Assembly (NCBI RefSeq): GCF_009914755.1
Contig: NC_060928.1
Length of the DNA: 64,000 nucleotides
Origin: the human T2T-CHM13v2.0 reference genome, Homo sapiens
Reading direction: 5' to 3' (one strand)
The notes below the pieces were generated by a model. That model made no database searches, was not told the origin of the DNA, and saw nothing but the letters and a program-made list of their open reading frames with translations. Shown here one piece after another: positions 1 through 15,188 of the stretch; positions within the stretch are counted from its first letter, which is position 1, and each line of letters starts with the position of its first letter. The position numbers were made by a program, and so were the translations under genes.

Positions 1-1250
1 ACATAAAGAGCTCAATTTAGCCATGTTTAAAGTGAGATGGCTATGGCACATTCAGATAAAAATGTCAACTAGACATTTAAGTATAAAATTTAGGAGAAAG
101 ATAGGAATGGTAGTTTGAGATCTGGGGATCATTGTGGTGATTCCACCTAGAGACAGCATGTAAAAAACAAAACCCTGAAAAACACTAGCTATCTAAAGGT
201 AATGTGGAGAAGGAAGAATCAGTGAAAAATATAGATAGAGGAGAACTAGGAGAAAACAGTGTCAAAAAAGCCAAGGAAGAATAAAATTTTAAGTGTGGTC
301 AACCATGTTCAATGGAGTAGATTGGTTAACCCAATGACTACCAAGTATCCATATGTAGCTACGAGGCTATTGCTTACCTTTTGGAAGGCATTTTTCATGG
401 GATGGTGGGGACAAAACCCAAGTCACAAATGGCTGAAACATGAATGGAGGTGAGGAGTAAAGTCAGCACCTGAGTACTGTTCCTTTGAAGAACTTGGCTG
501 GGTAGGACAGTGGCTAGAAAAGATAAAATCTCAAGAGAGAGCCTAAGATGAGAGAGATTGAAATATGTTTTCGGGTATGAGGGAAGGACCAGTGGAGAGG
601 ACTGAAAATAGAGGAAAACAGAGGAATATGTGATAGACTAAGATCACATGGGAGTTGAAAGTAGATGCGATGAAAAGCACTGGGGGATATATTAGTCTTG
701 ACAACAAAATGGAACACCTTTGCTTGACACTCCAGGTGTCAGGAGGAATTTTTAAAAGACAAATGTGTAGAAAGAAGGACTTGAAAGAGTTCCTGCCTGA
801 TGACCAGCACTCCCTGTTAATTAGGGGATGATTAGGGAAAGTAGGGAGAGTGGAAACTGAACAGAAGGCCTCCAGAGAGGGATGAAAGTTTAAAATAGCT
901 GCTGAAGGGAACAGAAGAGCAAGGTGACAATGAATAAATAAGAAGAATATCCAGTAGTACTAAGGATTCCATTGAGATTGGGGACCATATGCTTATGCGC
1001 TATGAATAGCTCCTATTGTGTGTTTGTTCTCTAACTGTGCTGAAGAGTCCATATGTGGAAGTGAACTAATTAAATGGAAGAACTGGCCCAAAGTCTCATA
1101 TTTGCAGAGCATTGAAAGCAGAAAGATGATTTGGGAATCTGAGGGTAATCGTAGCAGAGAAGTTCAAACCATTGCAGATAGAATCTTGCCTGGTAGAAGA
1201 AGTGATCAGAAGCACATTGATTGATGCAGGAAAAAAATAAGAGGGTTAAG
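1..1250 (-). mobile_element. Ancient L2-like fragments
   Basis: Purine-rich degenerate sequence resembling antisense L2. Boundaries approximate. Confidence 0.45.
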
Positions 1251-1349
1251 AGGTTGGAAGGCTGTCCTGATAAGGCTGGTGAGCTGCTAGAAAGAAATTG
1301 TAAATAAGAAATGATGTTTCTCCAAAATAACAATAATATATCAACAATA

Positions 1350-1560
1350 ATAAATAGCTCTTCATTATTAAGCAATTACTATGTGGCAGGCAGTGTATTA
1401 AAATTTTTTTAACTTTACATTTAATTGTAATGACAACCCTGTGAGGTAATTACTATTATTATATCCTTTTTGTTTTCTTTTAAACAAGTAAATTAAAGTA
1501 CTGAGAGTTTAAATAACTTGCTAAGACTGTAGAGCCAGTAGGTGGTGGAGCCCTCTTTCT
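1350..1560. mobile_element. MIR SINE
   Basis: MIR core-like acaaccctgtgaggta...ctgagagtttaaataacttgctaag. Confidence 0.6.
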
Positions 1561-2793
1561 TAATCACTGTACAGGCCAAAGGCAAAGACATAAAGATATA
1601 GTTTATTTAAAAAGGAGTAAGGTTTCACGGAAAACAGAGGGAAATGGACAGTAAGAAAATAAGTGGAGACTAGAGAAGCAGAGTTCAGAAAGAAGAGTAC
1701 ACAGTGAATGGAGATAAAGTTAGAGGAGACAAGAATAAATCATTGAGGAGGCCCACAATTTTAATGGTGCTAAAAGATTACCAGAATGAGTGGCATTGAA
1801 AAAATAACTGACCCTAGAATTTTTCAGCTTTACAAATAAGATTACTGGAGCCAGCTCAAAGCACATACAATATATTACAGACAGTTCAGAGAATAAAGTT
1901 GAAAGGCCCATGCCAGCCCCCAAGGAACTTACAATCTAGAGATGAATAAAACAAGTATGTTTAAAAAGCACAAAACAAGCCAGGATAAGAAAATGTCAGA
2001 AAGACAAAACTAGGGGCTCTAGGGCTTGCATTTTTAAAAACATTGCATTTGCCTTGAGAGATATGAAACAGTGGACATGACACTCTTGAATACATAAAAT
2101 TGAGCTAAGTAGCAAAGTGAGGCAGCGTATTTACAGAGAGAAGAAACCGTATAAACGAAGCCGTGGAGAGGCAAGTCCAAGGAATATTGTAGATCAACAA
2201 CCAAGACAAGTTGGCTGGTTTGCCCTGAGCACAGAAGGGGTACAGAAGGGAAGACTGGAAAGATAAACTGGGACCATGTAGTGCCTTAGGTTGACACACT
2301 GAACTTTATTCAACTCAAAAGCTAATGAGGCACTTATGAGAGGGCCCGAGCCAGGGAATTATAGTATAGGAAGTTCAGGCCCAGAGCATCATTAGAATAT
2401 CCTTTCTGCTCAGAATTTTATACTTATTTTTCAGAATGAGACGTGCTCATGTGATGGAGTACAATCTTGAGAGTGATGGAACTCATACATTTTCCACGAT
2501 GATAAAAATGAAACTTCTGGAGTTTGTTCATTGCCCTATATAAAAATAAACTGGTTTCCTTACTTTTTCTGTAAAGAGTGTTTCTGGTCTGGGGATCTAA
2601 GTCAAGGAGAAAGAAGAACATGAAGTAAATTACAGTACACTCTTCCTTTGCCACATAGCCCTTAAAACGTCATGAAATAAAGCAAAAGTGAATGTGAAAG
2701 GCAGCCTTTTAAATAGAGAACTCATAAGTTAACATGCATCTGAGAGGTACATGGAGAAATGAAAAATTTTGCTTTGGTAAAAAACAAGATTGA

Positions 2794-5593
2794 CAAATAG
2801 ACACAATAAAAAATGATAAAGGAGATATCACCACTGACCCCACAGAAATAAAAACTATCATCAGAGAATACTATAAACACCTCTACACAAATAAACTAGA
2901 AAATCTACAAGAAATGGATAAATTCCTGGACACATATACCCTCCCAAGACTAAACCAGGAAGAAGACGAATCCCTGAATAAACCAATAACAAGTTCTGAA
3001 ATTGAGGCAGTAATTAATAGCCTACCAACCAAAAAAAAGCCCAAGACCAGATACACAGCCGAATTCTACCAGAGGTAAAAAGAGGAGCTGGTATCTTTCC
3101 TTCTGAAACTATTCCAAACAATTGAAAAGAAGGGACTCCTCCCTAACTCATTTTATAAGATCAGCATCATCCCGATACCAAAACTTGGCAGAGACAAAAC
3201 AAAAAAAGAAAACTTCAAGCCAATATCCCTGATGAACATCGACATGAAAATCCTCAGTAAAATACTGACAAACCAGATCCAGCAGCACATCAAAAAGCTT
3301 ATCCACCACAATCAAGTTGGCTTCATCCCTGGGATTCAAGGCTGGTTCAACATATGAAAATCAATAAATGTAATCCATCACATAAACAGAACCAATGACA
3401 AAAACCACATGATTATCTCAATAGATGCAGAAAAGGCCTTCAATAAAATTCAACATCCCTTTATGTTAAAAACTCCCAATAAATGAGGTATTTATGGACT
3501 ATACCTCAAAATAATGAGAGCTATTTATGACAAACCCACAGCCAATATCATACTGAATGGGCAAAAGCTAGAAGCATTTCCTTGAAAACTGGCTCAAGAC
3601 AAGGATGGCCTCTTTCACCACTGCTATTCAACATAGTATTGGAAGTTCGGCCCAAGGCAATCAGCCAATAGAAAGAAATAAAGGGTATTCAGATAGGAAG
3701 AGAGGAAGTCAAATTGTCTCTGTTTGTAGATGGCATGATTCTATACTTAGAAAACCCCATCGTCTCAGCTCCAAACTCGTTAAGCTGATAAGTAACTTCA
3801 GCAAAGTCTCAGGATACAAAATCAATGTGCAAAAAAATCAGAAGCAATCCTATACATCAACAATAGACAAGCAGAGAGCCAAATCATGAATGAACTCCCA
3901 TTCACAATTGCTACAAAGAGAATAAAATACCTAGGAATACAACTTACAACAAAGGACCCTCTTCAAGGAGTACTACAAACCACTACTCAAGGAAATCAGA
4001 GGGGACACCAGCAAATGGAAAAACATTCCATCCTCATGGATAGGAAGAATCAATATCATTAAAATGGCCATACTGCCCAAAGTAATTTATAGATTCAATG
4101 CTATTCCCTTCAAACTACTATTGACATTCTTCACAGAATTAGAAAAAGAAATGAATTAAAATTTCATATGGAACCAAAAAAGAGCCCATATAGCCAAGAC
4201 AATCCTAAGCAAAAAGAACAATGCTGGAGGCATCACGCTACCTGACTGCAAACTACATTACAAGGCCACAGTAACAAAACAGCACGGTACTAGTACCAAA
4301 ACAGACATATAGACCAATGGAACAGAACAGCGACCTCAGAAATAACACCATACATCTACAACCATCTGATTATCAACACAACTGACAAAAACAAACAATG
4401 GGGAAAGGATTCTCTATTTAATAAATGGTGCTGGAAAAACTGGCTAGCCATATGCAGAAAACAGAAACTGGACTCCTTCCTTATACCTTATACAAAACTA
4501 AAGATCGATTAAAGACTTAAGTGTAAAATCCAAAACCATAAAAACCCTAGAAGAAAACCTAGGCAATACCACTCAGGACACAGGCATGAGCAAAGACTTC
4601 ATGACTAAAACACCAAAAGCAATGGCAACAAAAGCCAAAATTGACAAATGGGATTATAATTAAACTAAAGAGCTTCTGCACAGCAAAAGAAACTATCATC
4701 AGAGTGAACAGGCAACCTACAGAATGCAAGAAAATTTTTGCAGTAAATCCACTACAAGGAATTTAAACAAATCTACAAGGAAAAAACAAACATCATCATC
4801 AAAAAATTGGCAAAGGATATGAACAGACACTTCTCAAAAGAAAACTTTTATGTGGCCAACGAACATACAAAAAAAAGCTCAACATCACTGATCATTAGAG
4901 AAATGCAAATCAAAACCATAATGAGATACCATCTCACACTGGTGAGGTTGTGGAGAAATAGGAACACTTTTACACTGTTGGTAGGAATGTAAATTAGTTC
5001 AACCATTGTGGAAGACAGTGTGGCAATTCCTCAAAGATCTAGAACCAGAAATACCAATGGGATTGCTGGGTATATACCCACAGGAGTATAAATCATTCTA
5101 CTATAAAGACAAATGAACACGTATGTTTACTGCAGCACTATTTAAAATAGCAGACACGTGGAACCAACCCAAATGCCCAACAATGATAGACTAGATAAAG
5201 AAAATGTGGTACATATAAACCATGGGATACTATACAGCCATAAAAAGGAATGAGATCATGTCCTTGGCAAGGACATGAAGCTGGAAGCCATCATCTTCAG
5301 CAAACTAACACAGGAAGAGAAAACCAAACACCGCATGTTCTCACTCATAAGAGGTAGTTGAACAATGAGAACACATGGACACAGGGAGGGGAACAACACA
5401 CTGAGGCCAGTTAGGGGATGGGGGGCTAGGGGAGGGAAAGCATTAGGGCAAATAGCTAATGTATATGGGGCTTAAAACCTAGATGATGGGTTGATAGGCA
5501 GCAAACCACCATGGCAAACGTATACCTAGGTAACAAACCTACACGTTCTGCACTTGTATCCCGGAACTTAAAGTAAAATTAAAAAAATAAAAT
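2794..5593 (+). mobile_element. 5'-truncated LINE-1 (L1PA7/L1PA8-like), decayed ORF2 RT/C-terminal region + 3'UTR + A-tail
   Basis: L1 ORF2 sequence with stops and frameshifts, a G-rich 3'UTR, and a TSD aaaca(a/g)gattga at 2782-2793 and 5594-5605. Confidence 0.93.
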
Positions 5594-5939
5594 AAACAGG
5601 ATTGAAGGGAATTAGGAGCCAAATTCACATGTCTGTATGAACCAGTTCTCTTTTTAGCAATCTTCTGAACATCACCACACATCTGTCAGCAGTACAGAAG
5701 CCCTCAAAAGTCATGGCCAAGGGCACTTACCAAGCTGTTTTTTGTACTAAGGACAACTCTAAGTGTAGGACATTGAAATATATTTATGAACTTAATAAAA
5801 CATGCTTGCTTTTAAAATGTGTTTAAAAAGGACTACTACAAAGCAACCAATGGGTTTGATAACCTGAGTTAGATCTTTCCTATATGAATAAAATATATAT
5901 TTCTATGGAAAATAAAAGTTCCTCTGGGAGAACTGGGTC

Positions 5940-6130
5940 TAGCCAGGCTTTCTCAAACTGTATTCCAATGATCCCTGCATCAAGACCACTAGGGATTATT
6001 AAAATGCAGGTACCAGGGCCTCCTCCAGACCTAAAAATCAGAATCTCTGAGTATAAAGACTGGTGATCAGAATGTTTTAAAACTTCCCAGTTGATTTGTA
6101 TATATCATAAACCTTTTGAACCTATGGTCA
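5940..6130. mobile_element. MER5-like hAT MITE
   Basis: ttctcaaact...aaaatgcag...ccagacc...aatcagaatctctg pattern. Confidence 0.6.
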
Positions 6131-9100
6131 CCCAGAAGCATACTAAAGCAAAACAAAACTGGTTGGCTGAGAGAAAGAGTTTGCTGTAACCTCTCTTCTA
6201 CCTTCTGAATTCTGACTCTTTTCATGAACAAAACTTAAAAGAATGAGCAGCATATTTATATTTGCACCCTGAGAATGAAGCAGAGCATCTGGCAAATAGC
6301 AGAATAATCAGAAAAATATTTGTGGATTTAAACTGAGCAGCGTGGTCATGAAAGGCATAGTTTATAATAAATAACATACTTTTTTTCACATCCACATTTC
6401 CTCTCCTCTTCCCAGCCTTCTCTAAAGAAAGAGAATACTTACTGCATTGTCAACAGCGTTTGCACCAGGACCTGTATTTTGCTTTTTATTCTTGGTAATG
6501 AGCCATGCATCCCCCATACCTAGAGCTTAGTGGATTCACAGGGTTGATGCTAGAAAGTATAGATAAAGCTTCCCACACTTTTCTCTTAGTTACACTTTGA
6601 CAAACAGTATCTGTTTCCTCTCTCATAAAGACTAATGTATGTGGTATTTGACATTTACCTTTTCCCTTTTTACAGAAAAAAATTCACAGATAACCATCTG
6701 GCTATACACATCTATATCTCACAGACTAGAAAGAATTGTTTCAGTTGTTAATCATATAAACATTATGCCTTTGGCAGTTTCAAATGATGTGAGTTTTAAG
6801 CAGCTAAACAGTCCTTTTGGTGACAACTAATTACTCATAGTGTGTTTATAGCAAAAATTGTTTTATAAATGCAATTGTCACTTCTATTGACACTTTCCAT
6901 CTCATTGGAATCTACAAGTATAATAAAAATAATTTATTTTGATCAATTTTCCATCTAAAAAAAAAAAAACAAAAATAAAACCTCAGTCCTGAAGCACTCT
7001 TAAAATTGTAAAAGTATCATCTTTAGGAAAAGACTAATATCTGCTTCTCCTGAACTAGCAGCCTTTTCAAGCCTTTTCTTTGTTTCTTTCTATGCTGTAC
7101 AGAAATTGTTGTCAGGTGAGGAATTGCCAAGAAGTGAAATGACATTATAAATGTCATAGGTCAGTACACAGGTAAGGAAGAAAGACTGTCTAGAAAGCAA
7201 GCTAACTTTTTAACCAAAACATTCTTGTTATATATCTGTTTTTGTCAATTATGTTCCTTAATGTGCATACCTTCCTAAGAAAAAAGTAACAAAGAAAGAG
7301 AGGTTACATGTTCAGCAAAAGATATGCAATATTCCATGTCTATAGAAAATATTGTGATTCATGAAAAAAAAAAGTTCAAAAAGAAATTGAAATGTATTAT
7401 GCCTGACAAATTATACTCCCTTATGGCCTTCAGGGGCACAAAACAAATCTCAGGCTTGAGTACAGAGTCTAAAAGGGTCATAAGGTGACATGCGTTACAA
7501 AAACATTAAACCGTCCTTTAGCTTATGGTGCACCTTGCATTATATTAAAGTGGGAATATAAAAATAGAATTGAACATTTGGGAAAAGTTCCACGCTTGGA
7601 GGCTAAGTAGGTTTTCTTTTACAGGACTAAGTTCAACACCTTATAAGTATCACCTTAATTCTTCCAAATCAGGTTCAGTTTCATGAAAAGCAATGTTCTT
7701 TACTAGCTCATAACTCATTTTGGGTTCCATCTGTCTTTATCAGAAAGAGTAGCATTTTTTTACTTTCCATAGTCATGCAGGTAGAGAGTAGCTCTCTGCT
7801 TTAATTGTCAGAATAAAATGTTTTCTGAGGTTAAAAAGTGAATTCAAAGGGATTTCGAATGTATTAGTATCATGAGGTTATATAGTATCTCTATTTCCCA
7901 TTTTCTGTCCCATGCAGATATTATTCAAGTGAAATATGACACATATAGACTTACTGACAAATCTTTCATAAAAATAAAGCAAGAAATTTGAACTTACTAA
8001 CCAGGTTAAAAATACACATTTTTAAAATTGTATTTAAAAAAATTTTTAGGAGAAAGGTGACCAGAAGTATCATTTTTCTACCTTATTAAGCTACACTGAA
8101 AAATGTGGCATGTAAAACAAATGAGTAAAGACCACCTCCAACGACATTAGAAAAAAACTTCCAAATTTAAGAATGATTTTCATAAGTTTCTCAATCACCT
8201 AATGTTCTGATAAATTTTACAGGAGAAAAAGAGGAAATTTAAGTCACAGAATTGAAGTTGCTATTAAAAAATAACCAGAAGATTTAAGTTTTAAAGTCTC
8301 ATTTTTTAAGAAAGACCCAAAATGGTAAAAGGCTTAGTTCCCAATTCCATGACTGCATTGGTCTGCTGGTACAGACAGCTATTTTAAATCACTCACAAAA
8401 TAATTTATTTGTAAAAGTTCAAAGATTTAATATATGTTCAGGCAGAGTGAATAGAAATGCAAATATTCTTGATCACAATGAAGCTTTTTATGTAAAAGCC
8501 TGCAGGATTTGTTCCATAGGATATTACTACTTCCTCTTATTCATAGTTGTTAAGTAATTACATTTTTCTTATTTATTGTGTTAAATATTAACATAACTTT
8601 TTCTCTCATCTCTGTCACATTACCTCAATGAATTTTCTTGAATATTTCTTTCAGCCTCTTAATGAATGACCTATTAAATTCATTATTATGATTATAGTAA
8701 ACCATTGTTACTATTCATTCACATGACATTATATATTTTAGGAAAGTACTATTATCACATGAATTATTTTATGATCTTTTTTATAGCAGCATAAACGTCA
8801 CAATGGCTTTCTTTGCCATTAAAAATCTCATGCAGAAGAATTCATTTGTCAACACTAACCAGCAAAAATTATCTGCATTCACTTAAAGCTACAAATACCC
8901 ATTCTACGTCTACATCCCAGACCAATGCAGTCTAACCTGCAGAGTTCAAATTTATTTTATTATAAAAAGTTTCCTGCACTTTCTGTGATTGTCTTTCAAT
9001 GCATGGATTCAATCTAGGTCAGGTGCTTCCATAGGAAGAGTCAATTTTATCTAGCCAAGCATTAAAGATTTTTCTTAAAGGAGATGTTTTATATTGGGAA

Positions 9101-9394
9101 TAATGGAACTAAGGAATGTGAAAAAGGGCTTGAGAAATATACAGGTTGTTATTCAGCATCAGTCTTATTGCACCAACATGGGTATACAGCAGCTATTGAT
9201 GTTGAATGTATTTTTTTGTTATGAAATATAAGAAAATTTCAGGGAAAAAATGCTCAAGTCTTGCTGATAACACATCCTCCAGTATGTATTAATATAATGA
9301 GGGTTTGAGGGACATGTCCCAAATCCAAAAACACGCCATCAACTGAAACCCTGTGCAGACTACTTAAGGAAAAAAACTAGCATGGCTGTGATTA

Positions 9395-9413
9395 TACTGC
9401 CCTCTAGTGTCAA
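9395..9413 (-). promoter_or_regulatory. CTCF-like motif (TTGACACTAGAGGGCAGTA)
   Basis: One mismatch to the CCACTAGAGGGCA core. Confidence 0.45.
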
Positions 9414-9454
9414 AATAAATGTTATTTACACTGAAGTTCATTTGCTTTTTTCAG

Positions 9455-9637
9455 ATCAGCATTTTCATGACCCATTTGTCCAACTATGGGAATGACCGAC
9501 TGGGATTATATACATTTGTTAATCTGGCCAACTTTGTGAAGAGCTGGACCAACCTGCGACTTCAGACTCTGCCTCCAGTACAACTGGCCCACAAGTATTT
9601 TGAGCTGTTTCCTGATCAGAAAGACCCTCTCTGGCAG
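9455..9637 (+). CDS. NDST3: NDST3 internal coding exon (183 nt), end of N-deacetylase region: [21 protein letters not shown]...DQKDPLWQ
   Basis: Polypyrimidine tttttcag acceptor and CAG|gtaaaa donor, phase 0/0. The translation contains the NDST-family motif [14 protein letters not shown]. Confidence 0.96.
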
Positions 9638-10319
9638 GTAAAATTAATTAAATAATTGATATAACCAGTTAATTCCAGGAACATAATTCTGTGAGATATC
9701 CCAAATTTGAAAAGTGAAGGCACCTGAAAAAACCTGCATTTTGGAAATGTTAGTAAATTTGAGAAACTACTCCTTCCTAAACTGTAGTTGTATATCATTG
9801 CTACATATTGCACCCAATTCCCTGTTCCCTTGCACATTGGAAATTATGGGATTCGGAAAGTTCAGTGACAGATTCAATGAATATAACGTCTTCAATCAGG
9901 AGTGAGAGATAAATCTACAGGTTGCAATAGGCTGGAAGAGTAGAAGATGGTAAACAGGTCGTTTGTTAGACAGGTAGCCTTTGAACACATCCCCATATCT
10001 CTAATGACTAAACCATATTAAAGGATCTCTGAGAAGAGTTCAGAACTGACATCTGCCTTCTGAACCACGAGGTACACCAACAGCCAACAGCCACTGAATG
10101 TGGACAGCTTTCAAAAGTATTAATTGGGGATTAATATGGGGGAAAGCATTTCATGGGAAAATCACTGAGCTTCTTAAGATAAATACCACATGAATACAGC
10201 ATATTCAGATGACTCTGGGGGTAACCTAGATTTCAAAGCATAGACTCTTATGTATCATAGAATTGCAGGAACAACTTTGAATTTAAATTGTCCACTCCAT
10301 GATCTGTGAAAAATAATAA

Positions 10320-10560
10320 TCTTGGCAAATAATTACATATTGCTTATTATATGTCAGACGGGGCACTTGACATGTGTTAACTCATTTAATCCTCACAACT
10401 ACCTTAAGTGGTAGGTACAGTTATGATTTGCATTTTACAGATGAAGAAACTGAAGCACAGAAAGGCTAAGTCAATTAAGCAAGGTCACACAGCTAGTGTG
10501 TTGCAGAGCAGGAATCAGTTGTAGGCCATCTGGTTCCAAAAGCTGTACTTCTTAATCACT
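10320..10560. mobile_element. MIR SINE
   Basis: ctcatttaatcctcacaac...cattttacagatgaagaaactgaagcacaga...aaggtcacacagctagt. Confidence 0.8.
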
Positions 10561-11849
10561 GTTCTAAACGCTACTAGAGTTACAGACAGAGCTGATGGTA
10601 AAACAATAACAATCATCAGAAGTAGAACTCAGTAACTTTTTACCACAGATTGAAGTTGTTAACTCTGAACTTTATACTCAATGCATTCAGCTTTCAACCG
10701 TAAGTTAATTACCTCCTGAGCACACACAGATGACTCCAAGAGACATAACTGCATATTTAGCAGGTTAAAGTTGGTGGTTGTGGACTTATGACTGCATATT
10801 ACTTTTCCGTTGTTTTAACAAGCATCTTTTCATTTTAACCACCACGAAACATCACCAAATGTTAGCCAATGGAAAGACATGCAATTTTCCTGCTAATTCA
10901 ACCTTACTTTTAAACTGAAATCATTATTTCAGGTGACAAGTTTTAAACTGTTTTTTTGTTTTTTTTTTCAGAAGAACAGCCAAAAAGAATACTCTCACTT
11001 TAGTCTTAACATCTGTTGCTTATTAAAAATAAGCAGAAGTCTTATTTAACTTCACATACCTATGGTATTAATTGACTAGAAATAAAAAAGTGGTACTGTT
11101 TGCCCATTCCTGAAATAATATTAAAGGGTACTGTAATTCTTCCTCCTTTTCTACATAATATATACTTTGTTCTTAAAATGAAGGGTGTTCTAAATAGGAC
11201 TTGTGCAGTGGATGTTGGTGTTAAATATTATAGACCAAAAGCAGAATCCCTAAGGTAGTAATTCACCCTCATTATTCCCTTTTGCTAAAACTTAGGACTT
11301 TCTAGCATCATAGTCTATAAAGTTACATTTTTAGATATACATTTATCAACCTTTGACGGCAGCTGAGACGTATCTGCTGTCTCTTTAGATAGTAGTATTT
11401 TGGCCAGATCCCTATCCCTTTGAAGCACAGCTGGAAAGCTCAAAGTTACTTAGAATAAAGATCTGACAACTTACATTTCAGTTATGTATTGAATACTGAG
11501 TGTATCATCTTTTAGGTTAGCAGGAAGCATAATCTCTGCCCAGTAAGCTAACTATTAAAAAAAATAGAACTGCTAGTAGCCAATTAAACTCTTCATGCTA
11601 TGAGACTGTTTACCCAAAGTGGAAATACTGCCTCTCTCCAGCCTGCTCTGTAGACTCTCAACCTCAACATGGAAGGGAGTTATTCAGAACTTCCATGATG
11701 CCACTTCAGGGCTTTCATTTTTTTAAAAGAGTCTATTTTTTATCCCAGCGTTTCCTGGTATACTTTTAAAGAACACAAGTTGGAAAAGCTGGCACACAAT
11801 GGACACATTCATGAAAAAAAATACATCTCTATGTTCTTCTCCCATTTAG

Positions 11850-11946
11850 AATCCTTGCGATGACAAACGCCACAGAGACATTTGGTCTAAAGAAAAAACT
11901 TGTGATCGCTTACCAAAATTCTTGGTAATAGGACCCCAGAAAACTG
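11850..11946 (+). CDS. NDST3: NDST3 exon (97 nt): [32 protein letters not shown](G), start of sulfotransferase domain
   Basis: cccatttag acceptor and G|gtgag donor. Contains the 5'-phosphosulfate-binding motif GPQKTG with the catalytic Lys. In frame with the previous exon. Confidence 0.96.
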
Positions 11947-12417
11947 GTGAGAACTTTTTATGTTATGATTAACGAGTGTAAATTTTCTGATGACTAGACA
12001 ATGAGATCTTGTCACAATAAGTTCGTAAACTTCCCATAACTGCTAATGAATGAATAACATGTTTTTCTCTGACATAATTTTCATTTAGCCCAGTAATATA
12101 CCTAAATGCTTATCGAAGTGTTTTTTAAGTGAAGGGAATAAAACAGATGTCACACTGTTCAAATATCCAGCAGTCAATTTGGTAGCACATGTTTTTTTTT
12201 TTTCCCCCCAAATGTTTTAATTGAAAAGTATTGTAATTAACACTTCTAAAATCAAAGCTGATCACTGACAGGATTGTATCAAAAGTCAAGAGGGACACAG
12301 ATAAGTACCTATAACTCTTTATAATAAATCCCTTCTAGAAAAATAGTCCCTTAGGCTGCCATTTTCCTAATATTGTTTATTTGTAAACTATTTCTTGCAG
12401 AGATGACTATTTTTTAA

Positions 12418-12876
<459 letters not shown>

Positions 12877-13539
12877 TATAAACTTCTTGTTTCTAAGAAT
12901 CAGTATTAAAATGAAGCATCATGGAAGCTTTAAACTACCAGACATTCATGCTATATCCTGCATGATAAATTATTTGGGGCCCTTGGTTACTGGCTTCACA
13001 GAAAACAGCCTTTACAATCATATTGCTTGCTAAGGAGAATACATTCCCTCTCCTCATTGATCCAGAAATAACTGAGGAAAATTCTGTGCAATGTACACAG
13101 GGAGTTCAGCATGTTCATTTTTTTCCTTAATGTCATTTGCAGATATCAATCTGAAAACAATAATAAACATGACAAATACTTACATTTTTCTTGTCCTTAT
13201 TTATTTCACTTGTCCTTATCTATCTAAAGTCAAAAGGCAACTAGGAAAACATTTAAACTAAACTCTCTTCAGTGAACTCCCAGTCATCACATAACCTTGT
13301 CAAGACTGATAACATCCTGAAGGCTTGGTAGCATTTTGCTTTAGAAAGTCCTGCAGGATTCGCTTCCTCTCGTGTTGTGCTGGATATGCAGACATTTTGA
13401 TATCATGGTTAGATGGTAGAATTATTACTTGTCCTCTTAAACTGAATTGGGTTTCCAAATGTTTGTTACAATTTGGATATGGCATTTGTCGTTGGAAAAG
13501 ACCTTTTATAGAAATTGATTCTTTTTTATAGAAATTGAT

Positions 13540-13885
13540 TTTTCCCAGTTTTGTTGAATATAATTTACATGCAATAAAATCCACCCATTTTAAATGTACA
13601 ATTAGCTGAATTTTGAACATTGCACACAGTTATGTCCACCACCACATTCAAAATACAGAACAGTTGTTAGCCTAAAAAAATTTCTCCTTGTTCCTTTGCA
13701 GTCTATCCCCCCCGATCCCCACCACATCCCCAGCCACAAGCAACTACTTTGTACCACTACAGTTTTGCCTTTTCTAGAACTTCACATAAATGGAAGCATG
13801 TATTCCGTGTAGTCTTTTGTAACTGACATCTTTCATTTAGCATAATACTTTTGAGATTCATGTTGCTGTATATATCCATATTTTG
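13540..13885 (-). mobile_element. Old L1M 3'-end fragment
   Basis: ttgaatataatttacatgcaataaaatccacccatttt...ttgccttttctagaacttcacataaatggaa pattern. Confidence 0.7.
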
Positions 13886-13901
13886 TGAAATTGATTTTTT
13901 A

Positions 13902-14272
<371 letters not shown>

Positions 14273-15188
14273 AAAAGTATTTTTCTGGATAATTTTGCAG
14301 ATTTCTAGTTATCTGGATATTCAAGTATTTTTCAGTGTTGAGGCTGACAAAAATATAAAACCGAAGATTTACAGATGGTTATTTAAATGTGTGTCTATGA
14401 TTATGTAGTTGAGTTACCACTGACAAAATATATATGCAGGACAGTTTATTCAGACCCAAGAATATGTACAGGTAAAGACAGAATTCAGAAACCACAACTT
14501 AACAATTTTTTAACACTTATAAATTCATTATGCCTTTTACTGACTATGCAAAATAATTAGATTACATCCATTTTTTCTGTTTGTCTAATGCTGGTCATGA
14601 AAGGCTATTAAAAGTGAACAAATGTATTTAATACAATTCTTAAAAATAAGATTCAGAAAAGAATGTTTTCAGTTGATCTAAGAAAGGAATTAATCTCTCT
14701 GCTTTTTTTCTCACATTATAATGGCAATACTTATTTCCAAAAAGATATTTTTAACTTTAAAAATGCCTCATGCATTTTTCTGGATTATATCTCATGTATG
14801 TAATTGAGATTCAAATGTATTTAATGTATTTATTTATTGTAATTCTAAGTTATATCTCAATAAAGTTTTTATCTGGAAAAATGCCTTTTAAATATTGAGA
14901 TATGGCACTCTTTAGGTGATTTCACCTAGGTTACCTCGCTAATCCTCATAAAACACTGATAGCTAAGTATTTTCTTCCCCACTACACAGATGGAAAAACT
15001 AAGACTCAAGAGAGGTTAAATAATTTTTGTTCAAATTCACACAGCTGGTAAGTACAAGAATAAAAATCTTGGTCCTAGAATTTACCTGACTTCAAAAAAC
15101 ATGCTTTTTCTACTTTACCGTGGATTTCATGTAATGGAGCTTTTTTCCTCCAATAAATTTTAGATATTGCTTCATAGTTATTCTAAGT

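Noticed and set aside
3148-4992. ORFs with reverse-transcriptase-like pieces
   Set aside because: Fragments of a 5'-truncated, frameshifted L1 ORF2; not a functional RT or retron-like system.
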